Counted from the first letter of the stretch, positions 41,460 to 56,439 are shown. The stretch is 64,000 nucleotides of DNA from Octopus sinensis (GCF_006345805.1 NC_043013.1:18724001-18788000), one strand, 5' to 3'. Translations and numbers: made by a program. The notes: a model not told the origin generated them from the letters alone.

Positions 41460-42335
41460 ACGGCTTCAAATTTCGTATCAGGCTTGTAATTTTAGGAGAA
41501 GAGGGTTCGTTGATTACATCAACCCCATTATTCGTCTGGTCAGTTATTTTATCGATACCGAAAAGATGAAAGATAAAATTGACCTCGGCGATATTTGAAC
41601 TCAGAAATGAAAAAAGGCAGAAGAAATTCTACAAAACTTTTTTCCGATACGCTAACAATTTTGTCAGTTCACCATTTCAATCATAAAATTCTTTCAAATT
41701 TTTGGCAGAAGGTCCTTAATTTTCGCTAGATTTTGCAAATCAATTACACCGACCCGAATACTTGACTGGTAGATTAATTATTTTATCAGTTCCGAAATGA
41801 GGAACTGTAAGGTTGACCTCGGTACTTTAAAAAACTAGAAGAAATACCTATTTCTTTACTACCCACAAGTGGCTAAACACAGGGAGGACAAACAAGGACA
41901 GACTGACGGATTAAGTGCGCAACTGGTACTTATTTAATCAACCCCGAAAGGATGAAAGGCAAAGTCTACCTCAGCGGAATTTGAACTCAGAACGTAACAG
42001 TAGATGAAATATCTATTTTTTACTACCCACAAGGGGCTAAATACAGAGAGGACAACCAAGAACAGACAAGCGGATTAAGTCGATTATATCGACCCAGTGC
42101 GTAACTGGTACTTATTTAATCGACCCCGGAAGAATGAATGGCAAAGTCGACCTCAGCGGAATTTGAACTCAGAACGTAACAGCAGACGAAATACCTATTT
42201 CTTTACTACCCACAAGGGGCTAAACACAGAAGGGACAAACAAGAACAGACAAACGGATTAAGTCGATTATATCGACCCCAGTGCGTAACTGGTACTTAAT
42301 TTATCGACCCCGAAAGGATGAAAGGCAGAGTCGAT
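41460..42335 (-). mobile_element. Head-to-tail array of SINE type B monomers
   Basis: GAAATACCTATTTCTTTACTACCCACAAG-like junctions at about 41842, 42007 and 42188 (unit ~165-182 bp), plus degenerate copies upstream. Confidence 0.9.
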
Positions 42336-42454
42336 TATGTTATGTGATGTGAAATTTATTAAGGAGGTATTTGGTTCTGAGTCCAAGTCAAGCATTGGGT
42401 TACTTGTGAACCGTTTGTATATCTGCACCGTTTGGACAATGTTAATGAAATATT

Positions 42455-42848
42455 TTCCAGGCTGTGTGGTAAGAAGTTTGCTTCCCAACCACATGGTTCC
42501 AGGTTCAGTTCCACTGCGTGGCAGCTTGGGCAAGTCTCTTCTACTATAGCCTCGGGCCGACCAAAGCCTTGTGAAAGGATTTGGTAGACGGAAACTGAAA
42601 GAAGCCCATCGTATACATATGTGTGTGTGTGTGTGTGTGTGTGTTTGTCACTCCAACCATCACTTGACAACTGATGCTGGTGTGTTTAAGTCCACGTAAC
42701 CTAGCGGTTCGGCAAAAGCGACCGATGGAATAAGTACCAGTGTTACAAAGAATAAGTCCTGGAGGGTTGATTTCTTCGACCAAAGGTGGTGCTCTAGCAT
42801 GGCCGCAGTCAAATTTCTGAAAAAAGTAAGCGAATAAAAGAGTAAATG
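42455..42848 (+). mobile_element. SINE type A copy
   Basis: Colinear with 4361-4780. Confidence 0.9.
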
Positions 42849-43016
42849 AATAATCTCGCACTCACGGTGGTGTTCAGGGGAACAGAATTTTTTTCTTGGG
42901 GAGTTTTCAAAGTCATTACAAAGTGACTCAAGGGCCTTGAGTTTCATCTTTAGCAGTTATCGAATACGTATACATACATATACATACATACATACATACA
43001 TACATACATACATACA

Positions 43017-43047
<31 letters not shown>

Positions 43048-43077
43048 GTATATATTTGTATTCATTATTATTATTAA

Positions 43078-43169
<92 letters not shown>

Positions 43170-43908
43170 TTTTAAAAAAAAACAGTTTGGTTCGGGCGTC
43201 ATGTATCATGAAGTTTCGTAGGCTTGTCGCAACATACCTCGACAAGCGCAGGTGACAGAATAAGTACATCTCTATATATAGAGATGTGTGTGTGTGCGTG
43301 CGTGCGTGCGTGCGTGTGTGTGTGTGTGTAAAGTATAATTACGCCGCAGCGGCTTACGAAATGTAAAAACATCGTTTAAAACCGCAAAAATCACAGAAAA
43401 ACCAACGGCGCGGTGGATCGGTAGAAAGTTTTTGCACCAGTCGATTAATTAATTAGTGTTTGAAGTAAAGATATTGGTAAATAGCCACTGATAGCTATTT
43501 GGACGTGAATACATGTTCAAAGAGACAATTATAAACTTAATGTTTGCTTTTAGACAGAAATAACTCTAGTAAATAAAGCCTCCCGTTATGTCGTACATGA
43601 GGGAGTTTTGGTTGTCTTTCTGTGTATCTTTGAGGGCGCGCACGTCTCTTTGTATGCGTGAGTTTCTGTGTGCGTGTGCGCGCCTTTCTTGTGTATACAT
43701 TGCCGTATGCGTATGTGTGTATGTGTATACGTGAGATGTGATGTATGTATGTGTGTGATGTTTGTGCACGTGTGTGTGTGTGTATTTGTGCATGAATATA
43801 TACATGTATGCATAAATATATATAATGATGGAATGATAGAGACAGGGATAGGCATGTATAGGGACACATACTATATATACTTCTGAATATGTGTATCTGC
43901 GCGCGTGC

Positions 43909-44013
<105 letters not shown>

Positions 44014-44529
44014 CATAACTAGATAGATAAACGGATACACATATATGTATATATATATGTATACATATATACATATTACATATGCATACGCAAATTCATA
44101 CACACATAAATGCACGGACACATACATACACACATATTTATATGTGTGTTTGTGTATATATATATATTGGTGTATAGACACACAAACATGCATACATACA
44201 TATGTCATATGCACATGTAAATATACATACATGTACATATCCACATGTATGTGTGTATTTAGGTGTATGTATGCATGTATGTATGTATATATATATATGC
44301 AAACATGTCATTTCACAATGTCAACAAATTCCTTTTGAATCTTGAACAAACAATGGTTAAACTCTGTGATAAAGTATTTACTATTTCCACGTGGAACCTA
44401 ATTAAATCAGAATATTTATTGCCTGTAGGTAGTTTAACCGCAGTTACGGCACGTGTTAGCAGAGCAGTTCTCACAGGATCAATAATTAAACTGATCAGGG
44501 CAGTAATAATGATAATAATAATAATAATC

Positions 44530-44565
<36 letters not shown>

Positions 44566-44599
44566 GTAATAATAATAATAATAATAGTAATTTATTGTT

Positions 44600-45185
44600 T
44601 TATTAGCTACAAGGGGTGGATTAAAATAACATTAAAAGACATGTGACATCATAAAAGAGAAAAATGGGACGATATAATGGGTTTCACGCGTGTAAACAAT
44701 AAAAATAACAATTAAAATTGAACGAATTAAAGCTCTCAATAGCCGAGGCGCTTTAAGGGACTCGTGGAAAAAACCCCCAGAAAAGCCACGGGTGCTTGAT
44801 CAACAGGGCAAAAGCCCTTCTCCTTTAATTCCCTTTTAATAGTTGCATGCTCAGAATTGGTCCTTTCACACTGGCCATTCTTCTAACATTCACCCACCTT
44901 TCAACAAACTTACTACAAGGCAACACTTCCCTGTTCACCCTCAACTTCCTTTTCAAGTGAAACTTAAAAAAGTTGATGAGGGCTTGGCCAGAGCGGACAG
45001 TGTCTGTCTTTAGTCCTTTCAAACGGGTCTACCATATTACCTCTTTCGCTACAGCCACTAGACAGATAAAAATTGCCTTCTCCTCCCGGCCTAAAGAAGG
45101 CAGCGAGGCAATCTTCACAATGGATTCAGCTGATAGCTGGATCCGTCCAACGCGTGACAGCAGGTGTTCGACATAAACCAACAGG
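44600..45185 (-). mobile_element. Tx1/L1-type LINE 3' end
   Basis: Minus translation: KAIFICLVAVAKEVIW*TRLKG...ALINFFKFHLKRKLRVNREVL...FVERWVNV, followed by a short UTR with AATAAA and a (TTA)n tract. Confidence 0.6.
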
Positions 45186-46199
45186 TCAGCAATGTTTGGG
45201 TTTCAAGTTCTGGGACACGGCTCGCAATTTTGGGGTAAGGGATGAAGTCGAATACATCGACCCCAGTGTTCCTCTTGTGACTGAAGTGAGGTGGAGATCT
45301 TTACTAGAGTGTTATCCATCATATGACTGATTATTTTGTGAGAATAAATACTCTTGTCGCCATAAGTATTAGCGGGAAATATGGCGTACATGCAATAATT
45401 ATAATTTAACTTTTATCAAGTATATTGGCGTGCACTCAAAATGATGAATGTTATTGATTACAAATTCTCTGAAACTTTTTAATTTTTACTCGATATAGGA
45501 CATTGATAGAAATAACAGCATCGAGCATTTAGACAGATTTTGTTTCGTTTCTCTAAGAGAAAATACCATACCAGAAGGCTGTGAAATCTTCAAAGAATTT
45601 TAGTATTTGGTGAAAAACAAATTTCAAGTCTCAACACCTGATACTCATCATTGACTTCATACTATTCATAAGATAGGCAAAAGGTCTGAAATTTTAGGCG
45701 AGTAGTCGTAGTATTGTTAGTTATATCAATCTTACTATTTGGTTTTATGCTTTATTTATCACACGCAGAAGGATGGATGATATTTGAAATAAAAAACGTA
45801 AAAGACCGAATCCAAATAAAACAAATGATTCTTTATGACATTCTAACGATTCTGCCAATCCACTGCCTTCATCTATTACAAGGAAACTCACTCTTAGAAC
45901 TCATCTTCCACTTAAAACTAACATCTTTAACTGTTACATGAATTTCTTACGTAGGTCCGTGACCAGAAGTTTGGGGAGAGAGGACGTTCGATTATATCAA
46001 CTCCAATGCTTGATTGGTGCTTTATTTTATTAATCCTGGAAGGATTAAAGGCAAAGTTGATCTCGTTGGGGTTTGGAACACAGAAAGAAAAAAGACGAAG
46101 ATATAGAATGACCGAAGAGACAACTGGTATAGAAGGACTATGAATCAATGTAAATGTATGATTACAAAATGTCAATAGGAATTCATTGATTAGTTACTG

Positions 46200-46985
46200 C
46201 GATGATTTGTCTTCTTCAACTGTAACAAAACACAATCACTACGCATGCCAAGAGAACATCATCGCATCTAATACTCCACTTCAAACATACAACACGATCC
46301 CTTCAAGTATGCTAGGACTCACAATTACTGCGGGTCTTTCTTGACAGACCGATCAGCAAAACCTACATCTCAAAGACTGATATTCTTCATAGCCTGAAAA
46401 TACTTCCTTTCTCCACCACCCTCATAACTACTACTACTCTCACTATAAATCACTGGTGAGAACCGCAACGGGCAACTGTTTCTGTATCAGAGTGAGCACT
46501 GCTGCTAAACAAATGAAAAATCCATCCTAGACCACCTCTGAAGAAAGGCCATACGGCCGATAGGCTTGAAATCACTCACAAACACTCACCACACTACTGT
46601 GGTTTACCAATATACTGTCTCCCCTCTTTGTTTTTTTCTACCGTATTATAGTCGTTTCTCCTCAAATTAGGCACTCCCGAGTCACTCATTTCTTCTCCAC
46701 TTGTCACCCATATTGTAACCATTCCCAAAACCAGGCACCGCACTCACAACTATGACCAGTCTTTTCTTACCTAGAACGATCTCCCACTGGAAATTCATTC
46801 TCTACACTTGTCTGCTCTGCTTGGAGAAAGCAACGAGAAATCATACCAGTATTTATTCCAAGTCCGTAGTTCCAGTAGTCTTCCAATGTTTCAAAGCAAA
46901 CGTTAACAGCCCAAGTCTCATGAGTCTTGTGGAGCTCATGAGCACAGACTGCTCCGCGGATCTGGCTAACGAATAAATAAAGACT
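46200..46985 (+). mobile_element. Decayed CR1/L2-group LINE 3' part
   Basis: Shifted translation: YKSLVR, ILDHL..KAIR.IGLKSLT, FYRI, and a NYDQSFLPRTISHW-like C-terminus. Same type as 11950. Confidence 0.6.
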
Positions 46986-49827
46986 GGTATAAGTGCGCTA
47001 GTTAGAATATAAATATCATGGTGGCACATAAAACACGAAGATTTAAATAATAATAACACTTTGCAGAACTCATGGAAATTCCGTTTTATTAATGATTCTG
47101 GTTATATTGTGATACATAAATTTATTGATCTTCATCACAATTCTTCATTGTGCTAAATATTTCGATTTTCTATTTGATTTTCTTCCATTGTTAAGGCTGT
47201 TTGAAGCATAGAAGTCGAACTTATGTCTTGACAAGCAAAATATTGTTGTCGTTACTAATTGACATATCAAGGCTACACCATAGCTATTCACAGTTTATCT
47301 TTACAATGTCTACACAGAGTTTTCGGTTTTTGTTGTATTTAGGACATAAATAGAAATGGAAACTGCTCCTTTCTAATCGTCCGATAGATGCACCTTACTC
47401 TTTCCCTCTCTCTCTTTGCATGACGTCCGAAACGAATTTTCTGTCGTCTGCTCGATGCTTCTTTCTCACTCTCTCTTGTTCGCTTGACGCCCCTTCACAT
47501 ACTTTCTGTTATCATAGAAATTATTATTTCTCTCCGTTTTGTTTCCCTCATACACAAACACGCATAAAAACAACCAGTGTCGATACTCGCATTATATAAG
47601 GCTTTCATGAAATCTTGCACAATAACAATGAAAGTATTGTAGAAAGAAATATTGCATATCTCTTTCAAAATGAATTATTAAGTGTAGGTGTTAAAGAAAT
47701 GAAAATTACATTAAGAGCAGAGCATTATAGATAATTCAGTTCAATACGGAGGGTATAAGTAAATAATAGAAACAAAATAGTATTAGTGCATTAGAAATAC
47801 CAGTAGTTAACTATAGATTCAGTGAATCTGTAGATATTTTAGAAGTAAATTAGTGAACTATGATTAATGTTTTTATATTAAATGTAGCAGCATAAGACAG
47901 TTTGAATGAAACATCTCAAAGAACATTTAGATGACATGATACACAGACGATACGGAGAAATTTTAATAGCAACATTTAGATATTACACAAGCTAAAAGTA
48001 GTTACAACATGGAAGCGGCGACGAGAAAATGTCTTCCTCATTTCACAAAACAACCATTTTTATATTTGATATCCGTTTGCTTATTATTTATTCTCGTCAT
48101 TTAATTTTATATTCTGTATTTATCACATACATACACACATGCATACATACATACATACATACATACATACATACATACATACATACATACATACATACAT
48201 ACATACATACATGCGTGCATACGTATGTGTGTGTATGTATGCAAGTATATATATATATTATATATATATATATATAGATAGATAGATAGATATATGTATG
48301 TATATATGTTTGAATGCAAGTATGATTGTACGTTTATTTATTCCCAATAAATTTGATACTAATCACTGTTAATTGTTTCCAAAATGACAGAAAACTGTAA
48401 TTAATAGAATTGCTATTAGGACCAGCTTATAGTTTCCGGAAGATGTTCCTATACAACAAAATTAATACATACTCAGATTAGAGAAGTGGGAGTGGATATC
48501 GGCAAATTACGTGTTAACAAACCTGCAATAGAAGGAGAGAATAGAGAACAATAATACACATTCTAGAAGATAGCGTTGAATGGGACTCGTAGTTGGGAGC
48601 CAGAGGCAGGGAAAAGGGTATTATATGTGGTCACTAGATCTGCTAAAAATAGCAGGGACAAGTGCCTCTTAAAACGTTAAGGATACTTATAGTCATGACA
48701 GTTTTGTACTGGTTACCTTGTATCCTTTCTCTTTTACTTGCTTCAGCTATTAGACTGCGTACATAACCAAGGTACCATGCCGTGGGACTGAAGCCAGAAC
48801 CATGTGGCTTGGAAGTACCACATAGTTTTACCACTCAACCACGCCTGCGCCTGTGCTTTATAAAATTAACAAAGATGATCACGGCTGAAACACTTTGCAT
48901 TATAGGTCTGCTTAATCAAGGCTTACGTGGTTCTAAATAAGGAGCAGATGGATTGCATTTGATTAGAGCTTTGTTATCCGGGAACTACAACAACAAAACA
49001 ACAGCAAGAACAATAACAACAACAACATGAGTTAACTAGAAAGCATTTAGGTAGTCACATGACCTATTAAAAACAGTAGCCAAAATTCATCCGAGGCACA
49101 CTCTATCTTAGATCAAGAAAGACATATTAGAGAATATAATTCAAGATAAATCGTGGTTGAAGAAAAATACAAGGATGATTACGAGTGGAATATCTTTGAT
49201 TATAGGCCTGCTGGAATGGGGTTAACCCAGGGCTAAACAACAATTACAGTAGTAAATTTCTGACGGTTAAAGTAAATGTCTGGTAACACATTTGTTTCCC
49301 AACTATATGGTTCCGAGTTCAGTCTCTATATATGTGCAACGAGACATAGGATGAAATCTGGAGTGGATTTCTGTTGCCTTCTCCTGAAAGAGCGGATTTG
49401 CGCTCAGAATATAGAGAGCTGGAAGATCTACCGTACGGCACTTCTGCCGACGGGACAACAATTCTGGCACTCTCCCACCCACTAAAGCAACGTGTAGTGA
49501 AGTGTTTCGCGCTGGTAGGCGATCTGGGAATAGAATCTGCGATCAAGCAATCGTGATGTTACAACCTAACCACTAGGCGGCGCACCTTCACACACACACA
49601 CACACCACACACACACACACACGAATGAATGAACAAGCGAAAGAAGGTGCTACTCAACACATTCAGTAACAGTTTGATCTAGTTTCACGTAACCTAAAAT
49701 GTCGTAGGTTTGTAGAAGGAACCTATCTCGTCAGGTATTCAAACAGACACATCTCCGGACGAGACAAGTTCATTCAACGAAACTGTAAGTTTTATGGAGC
49801 TGGATCAAGCGGTTAATATATTCTATC

Positions 49828-49920
<93 letters not shown>

Positions 49921-50399
49921 CTACGGAACAATTATACCCTGTTGTTTTATGTTGTAAATTGCTGTAAAGGATAGTTTTTTGTAGTAAAGAATAGTTGTAG
50001 ACTTATGATTTTGAACGCAGCTCCTTCGGGGTCAACACAGCATGTAAGTCAAGAGCTTCATTTAATGAACACCAAACTTGTGGCCCCGTTTTCCATAAAC
50101 GTAATCAAAATATTCTCACTGTAAATTGGTGAGGCATTGCAAAGGTTGAAGGACAGGGTTGTTCGAGCGTCGGATAGGATGTGTAACACCATTTAATTAT
50201 GGCTCTTTTCTGTCTGCGTTCAAATCAAACAGAAGCCAATTTTATTTTTCAACCTTCCGCAGTTGCTAGAATACAATACCAGTCAAAACTTGGGTTCACT
50301 ATTTCTATAAAACACCCGAAAGCTGAATGCAATTCTTCTGGAGAGGACTTAATTGTTTCAGTATAGGGCAAAATACATAGCAATATGTAGTTATGTTAA

Positions 50400-50820
50400 G
50401 GGTAGTGAGCTGGCAGAATCGGTAGCACACCGGGCGAAATGCTTAGCGGTATTTCGTCTGCCGCTACGTTCTGAGTTCATATTCCGTCGAGGTCGACTTT
50501 GCCTTTCATCTTATGGGGTCGATTAAATAAGTACCAGTTACGCACTGGGGTCGATATAATCGACTTAATCCGTTTGTCTGTCCTTGTTTGCCCTCTCTGT
50601 GTTTAGCCCCTTGTGGGTAGTAAAGAAATAGGTATTTCGTCTGTGTTACATTCTGAGTTCAAATTTCGCCGAGGTCGACTTTGCCTTTCATATTTTCGGT
50701 GTCAATAAATTAAGTACCAGTTGTACTCAATTCGATCTTATCGACTTAAGCTATTTGTCTGTACTTGTTTGTCCCTTCTATGTTTAGACCCCTGTATGCA
50801 ATAAAGAAATAAGTTTGTAG
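50400..50820 (+). mobile_element. SINE type B dimer
   Basis: GAGCTGGCAGAATCGGTAGCAC head, with two monomers joined at GTAAAGAAATAGGTATTTCGTCTG. Confidence 0.9.
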
Positions 50821-51159
50821 TTATGTTGCTTTATATGTTGGCTTCGTCATCCTCAGGGATGGAAAAGGGAAGAGGTAAAATGTACGTGAATTACATTAGA
50901 GTCCTTTAAGATTTGTGTGCCCAGAAAGGAGCTTCTATGAAGTCAGTTATTCAGCTAAAATAAACAGCGAAATGTCATTTGAGATCACATCTCAACGTTT
51001 TCAAACGGGCAGGATATATGTAGATACATGTAGACTAAAATGTGGAAAGGCCACGACAGGAAAGGCTCCGATAATACATGTTTTTGATCAGGGTTGACTT
51101 CACTAACGAGCGATACAAAACAACAACAACAACAATAACAACAAGAATTACAATAATAA

Positions 51160-51362
51160 TAATCTTTTCTGCTCTAGGCAAAAGGCCCAAGATTTTGGGG
51201 AGGGAGGGCCAGTTGATTAGATCGGTCACAGTACGCAACTGGTACTTAATTTATCGACCCCGAAAGGATGAAAGGCAATGTCGACCTAGGTGGAAATTGA
51301 ACTCACAACATAAAGACAGACGAAATGCTGTTAAGGATTTCTCTCGTCTCTGCCAGCTCGTC
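51160..51362 (-). mobile_element. SINE type B monomer
   Basis: Runs from the TCTAGGCAAAAGGCCC tail to the TGCCAGCTCGTCG head. Confidence 0.85.
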
Positions 51363-51366
51363 GTCA

Positions 51367-51426
<60 letters not shown>

Positions 51427-51427
51427 A

Positions 51428-51470
<43 letters not shown>

Positions 51471-51473
<3 letters not shown>

Positions 51474-52018
51474 CAGTACCAGGCAGTGGCTCTCATGGCT
51501 TCTGATCTTAACTGATTGGAAGTGTTATCATGTACATTGTTTTGTCTTGGTATAAAAGATGGGCTACAGCAAATATTCTGCTCAATACCACAGATTTGCT
51601 TGTCAGTTGTTTGACCTTAACCAGTTGAGCATGTCCCTTAGTGGCTGACGATATGTGCATCTCTGATCACGAGCAGAAGTAGTGGGGGAGCATCATAGCC
51701 ATGTGTTGAGAGGGATTCTTTGGGGTTTGAATAATTCACCTCTGGAAACATGAGTGGTTTTTTCAACATCCTTAAACAACCCTTATTCAGGGACCGTTTG
51801 AGTGGGATGGGCTACTCAACCTGAAGAAAATTCTAACTGGGCCCCACCTGCAAGGTCATGTGCTGTTTATCTTGATATGAGATCACCATGTCGCGCACAT
51901 ATGGTTGTGATGCATGTGCCTGGTGTACCTTTATCAGACAGGTAGTCATGATGGGTATATTGGGCTTCGTATATTTTACCCCAGTGTCACTTTGATGGCA
52001 TGAACTGCTCTCTCACTC
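51471..52018 (-). mobile_element. ~550-bp non-coding interspersed element flanked by (TAA)n
   Basis: A second copy at 62058-62500 is colinear. There is no tRNA head and no ORF. Strand is inferred from which end is truncated in the second copy. Confidence 0.75.
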
Positions 52019-52093
52019 AATAATAATAATAATGATAATAATAACAATAATAATAATAATAACAATAATAATAATATAATAATAATAATAATA

Positions 52094-52137
<44 letters not shown>

Positions 52138-52583
52138 GCAACAACAACAACAATAACGTGTTGCAAATATTTGCAAAAGTCTTGAGTAGTTAGCTTATCC
52201 AAGAAGTCACTTGACTTATATTATGTTTTCAAATATATTAATGAAACAGATTTTTGAGGCTCCGGTTTGAGCGCGTATGCTGGGAACTATTAAAATGTAT
52301 TATACGGATAGATAGAGGGAGAGGGTGAGAGAGAGAGAGAGAGATAGAGAATGGAGGGAGAGAGACAGAGAACGGGACGAGACTATATCTGTGTGAAAGA
52401 GAGAAAGTGAGAGGGGTGGAGAGAGTGTGTCTGTATGAGAGAGTCAGTGAGTGTTGTTAAGATAAATGGAGTAGGACAAGTAGATTATACATATATATGT
52501 ATATATATATATGGATATACATAAGTAGGTATATATATATGTATATGTATATATATGTATATATGTATATATGTATATATGTA

Positions 52584-52662
<79 letters not shown>

Positions 52663-52706
52663 ATATATATATATGCATATATACTTATTATGTGATTATT
52701 CATATA

Positions 52707-52745
<39 letters not shown>

Positions 52746-53741
52746 TGCATGCACATACGTACAAAAGCACTTTCACCCTCACACAAAACACACAACACAC
52801 TCACACAATACGCACACACACAATACGCACACACACACACACACACGCAGCTACACGTACACATACATATCAGTTATGGCTTGAGTAAATTACTCTTCAG
52901 ATATCCATCGAGATGATAACTTTGATAAAAGGTCATTTCCGCTTCCGATTGGCAGATAATATCTTCAACCTGTCCTCTCCTTCCTAGTCAACACGATATC
53001 TCTTTCTAAACGCTACATAACAATATGGAAGCCATTAGGGTTTCATTCGCTATTATTCCTGTTATTGGTCCTCACAAAACATTAAAATCATTTTAATGTC
53101 CTTCCCTTGTTCCGTACTCTTTGTTGATATATTCGGCTGATAGCATTCATACGATTGCGGAGAAGACGACGTTGACACGTCTCAATCGCGATGCTTCCTG
53201 CATCGGTTTCTGGTATTAAATAAAAGACAAATATTGAAACTAACCAATTTTTTTTTTGGTGGGGTATCCCCTCCCTGCTACTGCCTCTTTATTTCAGTGA
53301 AATGAAATCCCTATTGTAGGAGGGGTACGGTAAGGTATGGAGTTATCCCGAGATAGATCGATATATTATACTCTCAGAAAATCGGTAGACACCAAATCCA
53401 AACAGCATACCTGTATCTATATATGCACGCACACACACACACAATGCATACAGACATGCATATATGTATATAAATAAATATATATGTATATATATATATA
53501 TGCTCATTTTATGTATATACGTATACATAAAGAAACGAGTAACAAAGACTGGATTGAACAACATTCGTTATTTCATATTACTAACATAGTTTCCACACTT
53601 CGTTACACCCGTGGTACATTAATGAAAGGATATAAGTAACATAGTACACAAACAAACCTACAATATGTATTAATGAAATTCTTTCATAATGAATACCAAC
53701 ACCTGTGGCTGTGCATATATAGCTAGTTAATTTCGAGCAGT

Positions 53742-54150
53742 AAGGCGGCGAGCTGGCAGAAACGTTAGCACGCCGGGCGAAATGCTTAGCAGTATTTCGT
53801 CTGCCGTTACGTTGTGAGTTCAAAATTCCGCCGAGGTCGACTTTGCCTTTCATCCCTTCGGTGTCGATAAATTTGTGCACTAGGGTCAATGTAATCGATT
53901 TAATCCTTTTGTCTGTCCTTGTTTGTTCACTCTATGTTTAGCCCCTTGTGGGTAGTAAAGAAATCGGTATTTCGTCTGTCTTTATGTTCTGAGTTCAAAT
54001 TCCGCCGAAGTAGACTTTGCCTTTCATCCTTTCGGTGTCGATTTAATAAATACCAGTTACGCACTGGGGTCGATATAATCGACTTAATCCGTTTGTCTGT
54101 CCTTGTTTGTCACCTCTGTGTGTAACCCCTAGTGGGCAGTAAAGAAATAA
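53742..54150 (+). mobile_element. SINE type B dimer
   Basis: AAGGCGGCGAGCTGGCAGAAACGTTAGCACG head, with two monomers carrying the same tail. Confidence 0.9.
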
Positions 54151-54585
54151 GTTAATTTCGAGCAGTCCGTAGAAGGTATGAAGAACAACTTTCAGGAACA
54201 ATAGTGATTTATTGACGTAGAAGGTTGTAAACTTTTCCCATATGAAATTTCGATAAGCCTAAAAAAAGTTATTTTATAGTTCACAGTCAACAACTGGGGT
54301 TGCTATGTGTGCGAATAAAAACCCAAATTTATATGGTCCAATATATCCATTTCAAAATGTAACTACACGTGGATCGTTGGCGATTTTTCCCTGCGCCTTC
54401 CTTTTCTCTTGGACTTCCTTCTGACTCCTGTTTCTGAAGAAGAGCTTTACTGGAAACGCATGATTACCTTTCTATCCTTACCTGGGCATCTGTTAATACT
54501 TTACATGTACAACGTCCTCGTGTTGTTGTTTTCTTCTACTTGTGCTTTTTCTTCGTTTTTGGGGGGTAGGTGGGGGTGGATAAAT

Positions 54586-54662
<77 letters not shown>

Positions 54663-56439
54663 AATAACAGTGACCATCATTATGATGACCCAACAACAAG
54701 GCTGCGAGCTGGCTCAATCTTTGGCAGGTTGGGAAGTATGCTCAGCGGCCTTTTGTCCCTTTTTTATGGTCTGAAATAAGCAGAAGATATCGGGACAGTT
54801 TTCTCTTCTCTCACAACTGGCCATATCTTCGAAATACAAAATGTATTGAAGCCAGTTGTCAGCTGGGAAAGCATTTTCAGAATAGTCAACAGTTATAAAA
54901 TAAACAAATGCAGATTTGTGATGGCAAAGTTCCATTAAGAGCATACATACCATGAAGTGCTTTCTACAGTTCTTTGACCATGCTTAACGAAAAGTGACCT
55001 TGACCCATGTGACCTCACAATCAAAACATTAAGGTCATATTGAAAACACCAAGGACACAATGGATATTTCTGTCATGATCATGAAATTTGAAACTGGTTA
55101 GGCTGAAAATACTGAAAGTTTCTCATGTTTGATACTTTTTATTTACTAAAGATACTTAAATCATAACTTTTGTCTTCACTTTTGTAGTTGTATTTACTTT
55201 ACATGACATTGAAAAACTATGTTTTCAAAGTCATGTCAAGTTCCATACAAGGGTTCGCATTTGATGAAGTCACATGCATCCTTAGAAATGGTAACAATAC
55301 CTGAAATGTTGAAAAATGGACATCTCAGTTTGTGAAAAATTTTGATGAGACAGAGCAAAATGAATATCATGGTTGAAATTAGCACCCCCGAATTAATGGG
55401 AAACATGTCTCCAGCATCAAACAACAAAAACTCTGTTCTCCAGTATAATCGATATTCCTCTCTGGTACTCTTTTACTGCCTCTTTGACTCCGAGTACTAC
55501 AATGAATATCATCATCCAATGCAACATGACAATAACAACACGTACACCGCCCCAAGTTTTATAGGAAGATGAGACTAAGTCCCTACACGATGCAAAGTGT
55601 GCAAACTAAAATACCTGAGAAGACGAAGCAATATTTTCCGTCAGTGAAGTATTATTTTAGATATGTTTTCAGGCTACGTACTGTATCATACTTCACTTCA
55701 ACTCCATAAAACAACTTCAACGGTTGATTAAACTTATTAGAACAATTATGTCGACGGTTGTACATGGATAAGTGGAAGCCATTTAGTTTTGGATTACTAT
55801 TTTGCTAGCGGCCAAAAGACAGTATTTTAGGTTTGAGAAAGAATTTACGATAATGATACACGTTAAAGAATGAAAATGAAAATATCAAAAGATGGAGGGG
55901 AATAATTACGCATCTATCGCCTTATCATAAAACACTTGTAATTGTACGTATGTGTGTGTGCTCGTGTGGTGTATCTTATGAATATTCGTGTGTGTATGCG
56001 TGTACCTCTGTGTGTGTGTGTATGGCGAGTGTTTTGTGTATGTTTGTATGAACATGTGTTTGTGAAGAATATGAATTAAGGGAGGGAGAGATAGAGAGGT
56101 GAAACAAAGGGGAGTGTGAAATATTTTGATAGAGAAATATATACAGGTTGATGTATACATAGATAGACAGAAATATAGAGAGTTTGGTGGATAGATGGGT
56201 AGGTTAGAAAACATAGAAAGGTAGATAGATAGAGAAACATTTAGAACGATAAATAAGGAGTTAAGTAAACTGACATCAGTAGTTGACTGGTATTGATATA
56301 TTTAACATTGTAAAGATGTTAGTAAAGACGACGTCGGTGGAATTTAAACCAGGAACGTAAAAACACGTTATTAAGGACCATGTTATCTTACTAATCTGAC
56401 CATCCAGCACCATTTTGTTTTCAGCCATCCTTATTCTTA

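Noticed and set aside
40198-42335. CRISPR-like appearance of regularly spaced repeats
   Set aside because: There are no unique spacers or cas genes. The repeats are a minisatellite and SINE multimers in animal DNA.
52934-52953. Tandem CGGAAG plus CCAAT on minus, promoter-like
   Set aside because: An isolated 20-bp motif with no CpG-rich context or downstream exon support.
53298-53329. Plus-strand micro-exon candidate with a good acceptor
   Set aside because: It has stops in all three frames and only a moderate donor. The same applies to the candidate at about 22675-22795.
54780-55420. TGACCTTGACC motifs and AT-rich sequence suggestive of a DNA transposon
   Set aside because: No terminal inverted repeats or transposase motifs could be identified.
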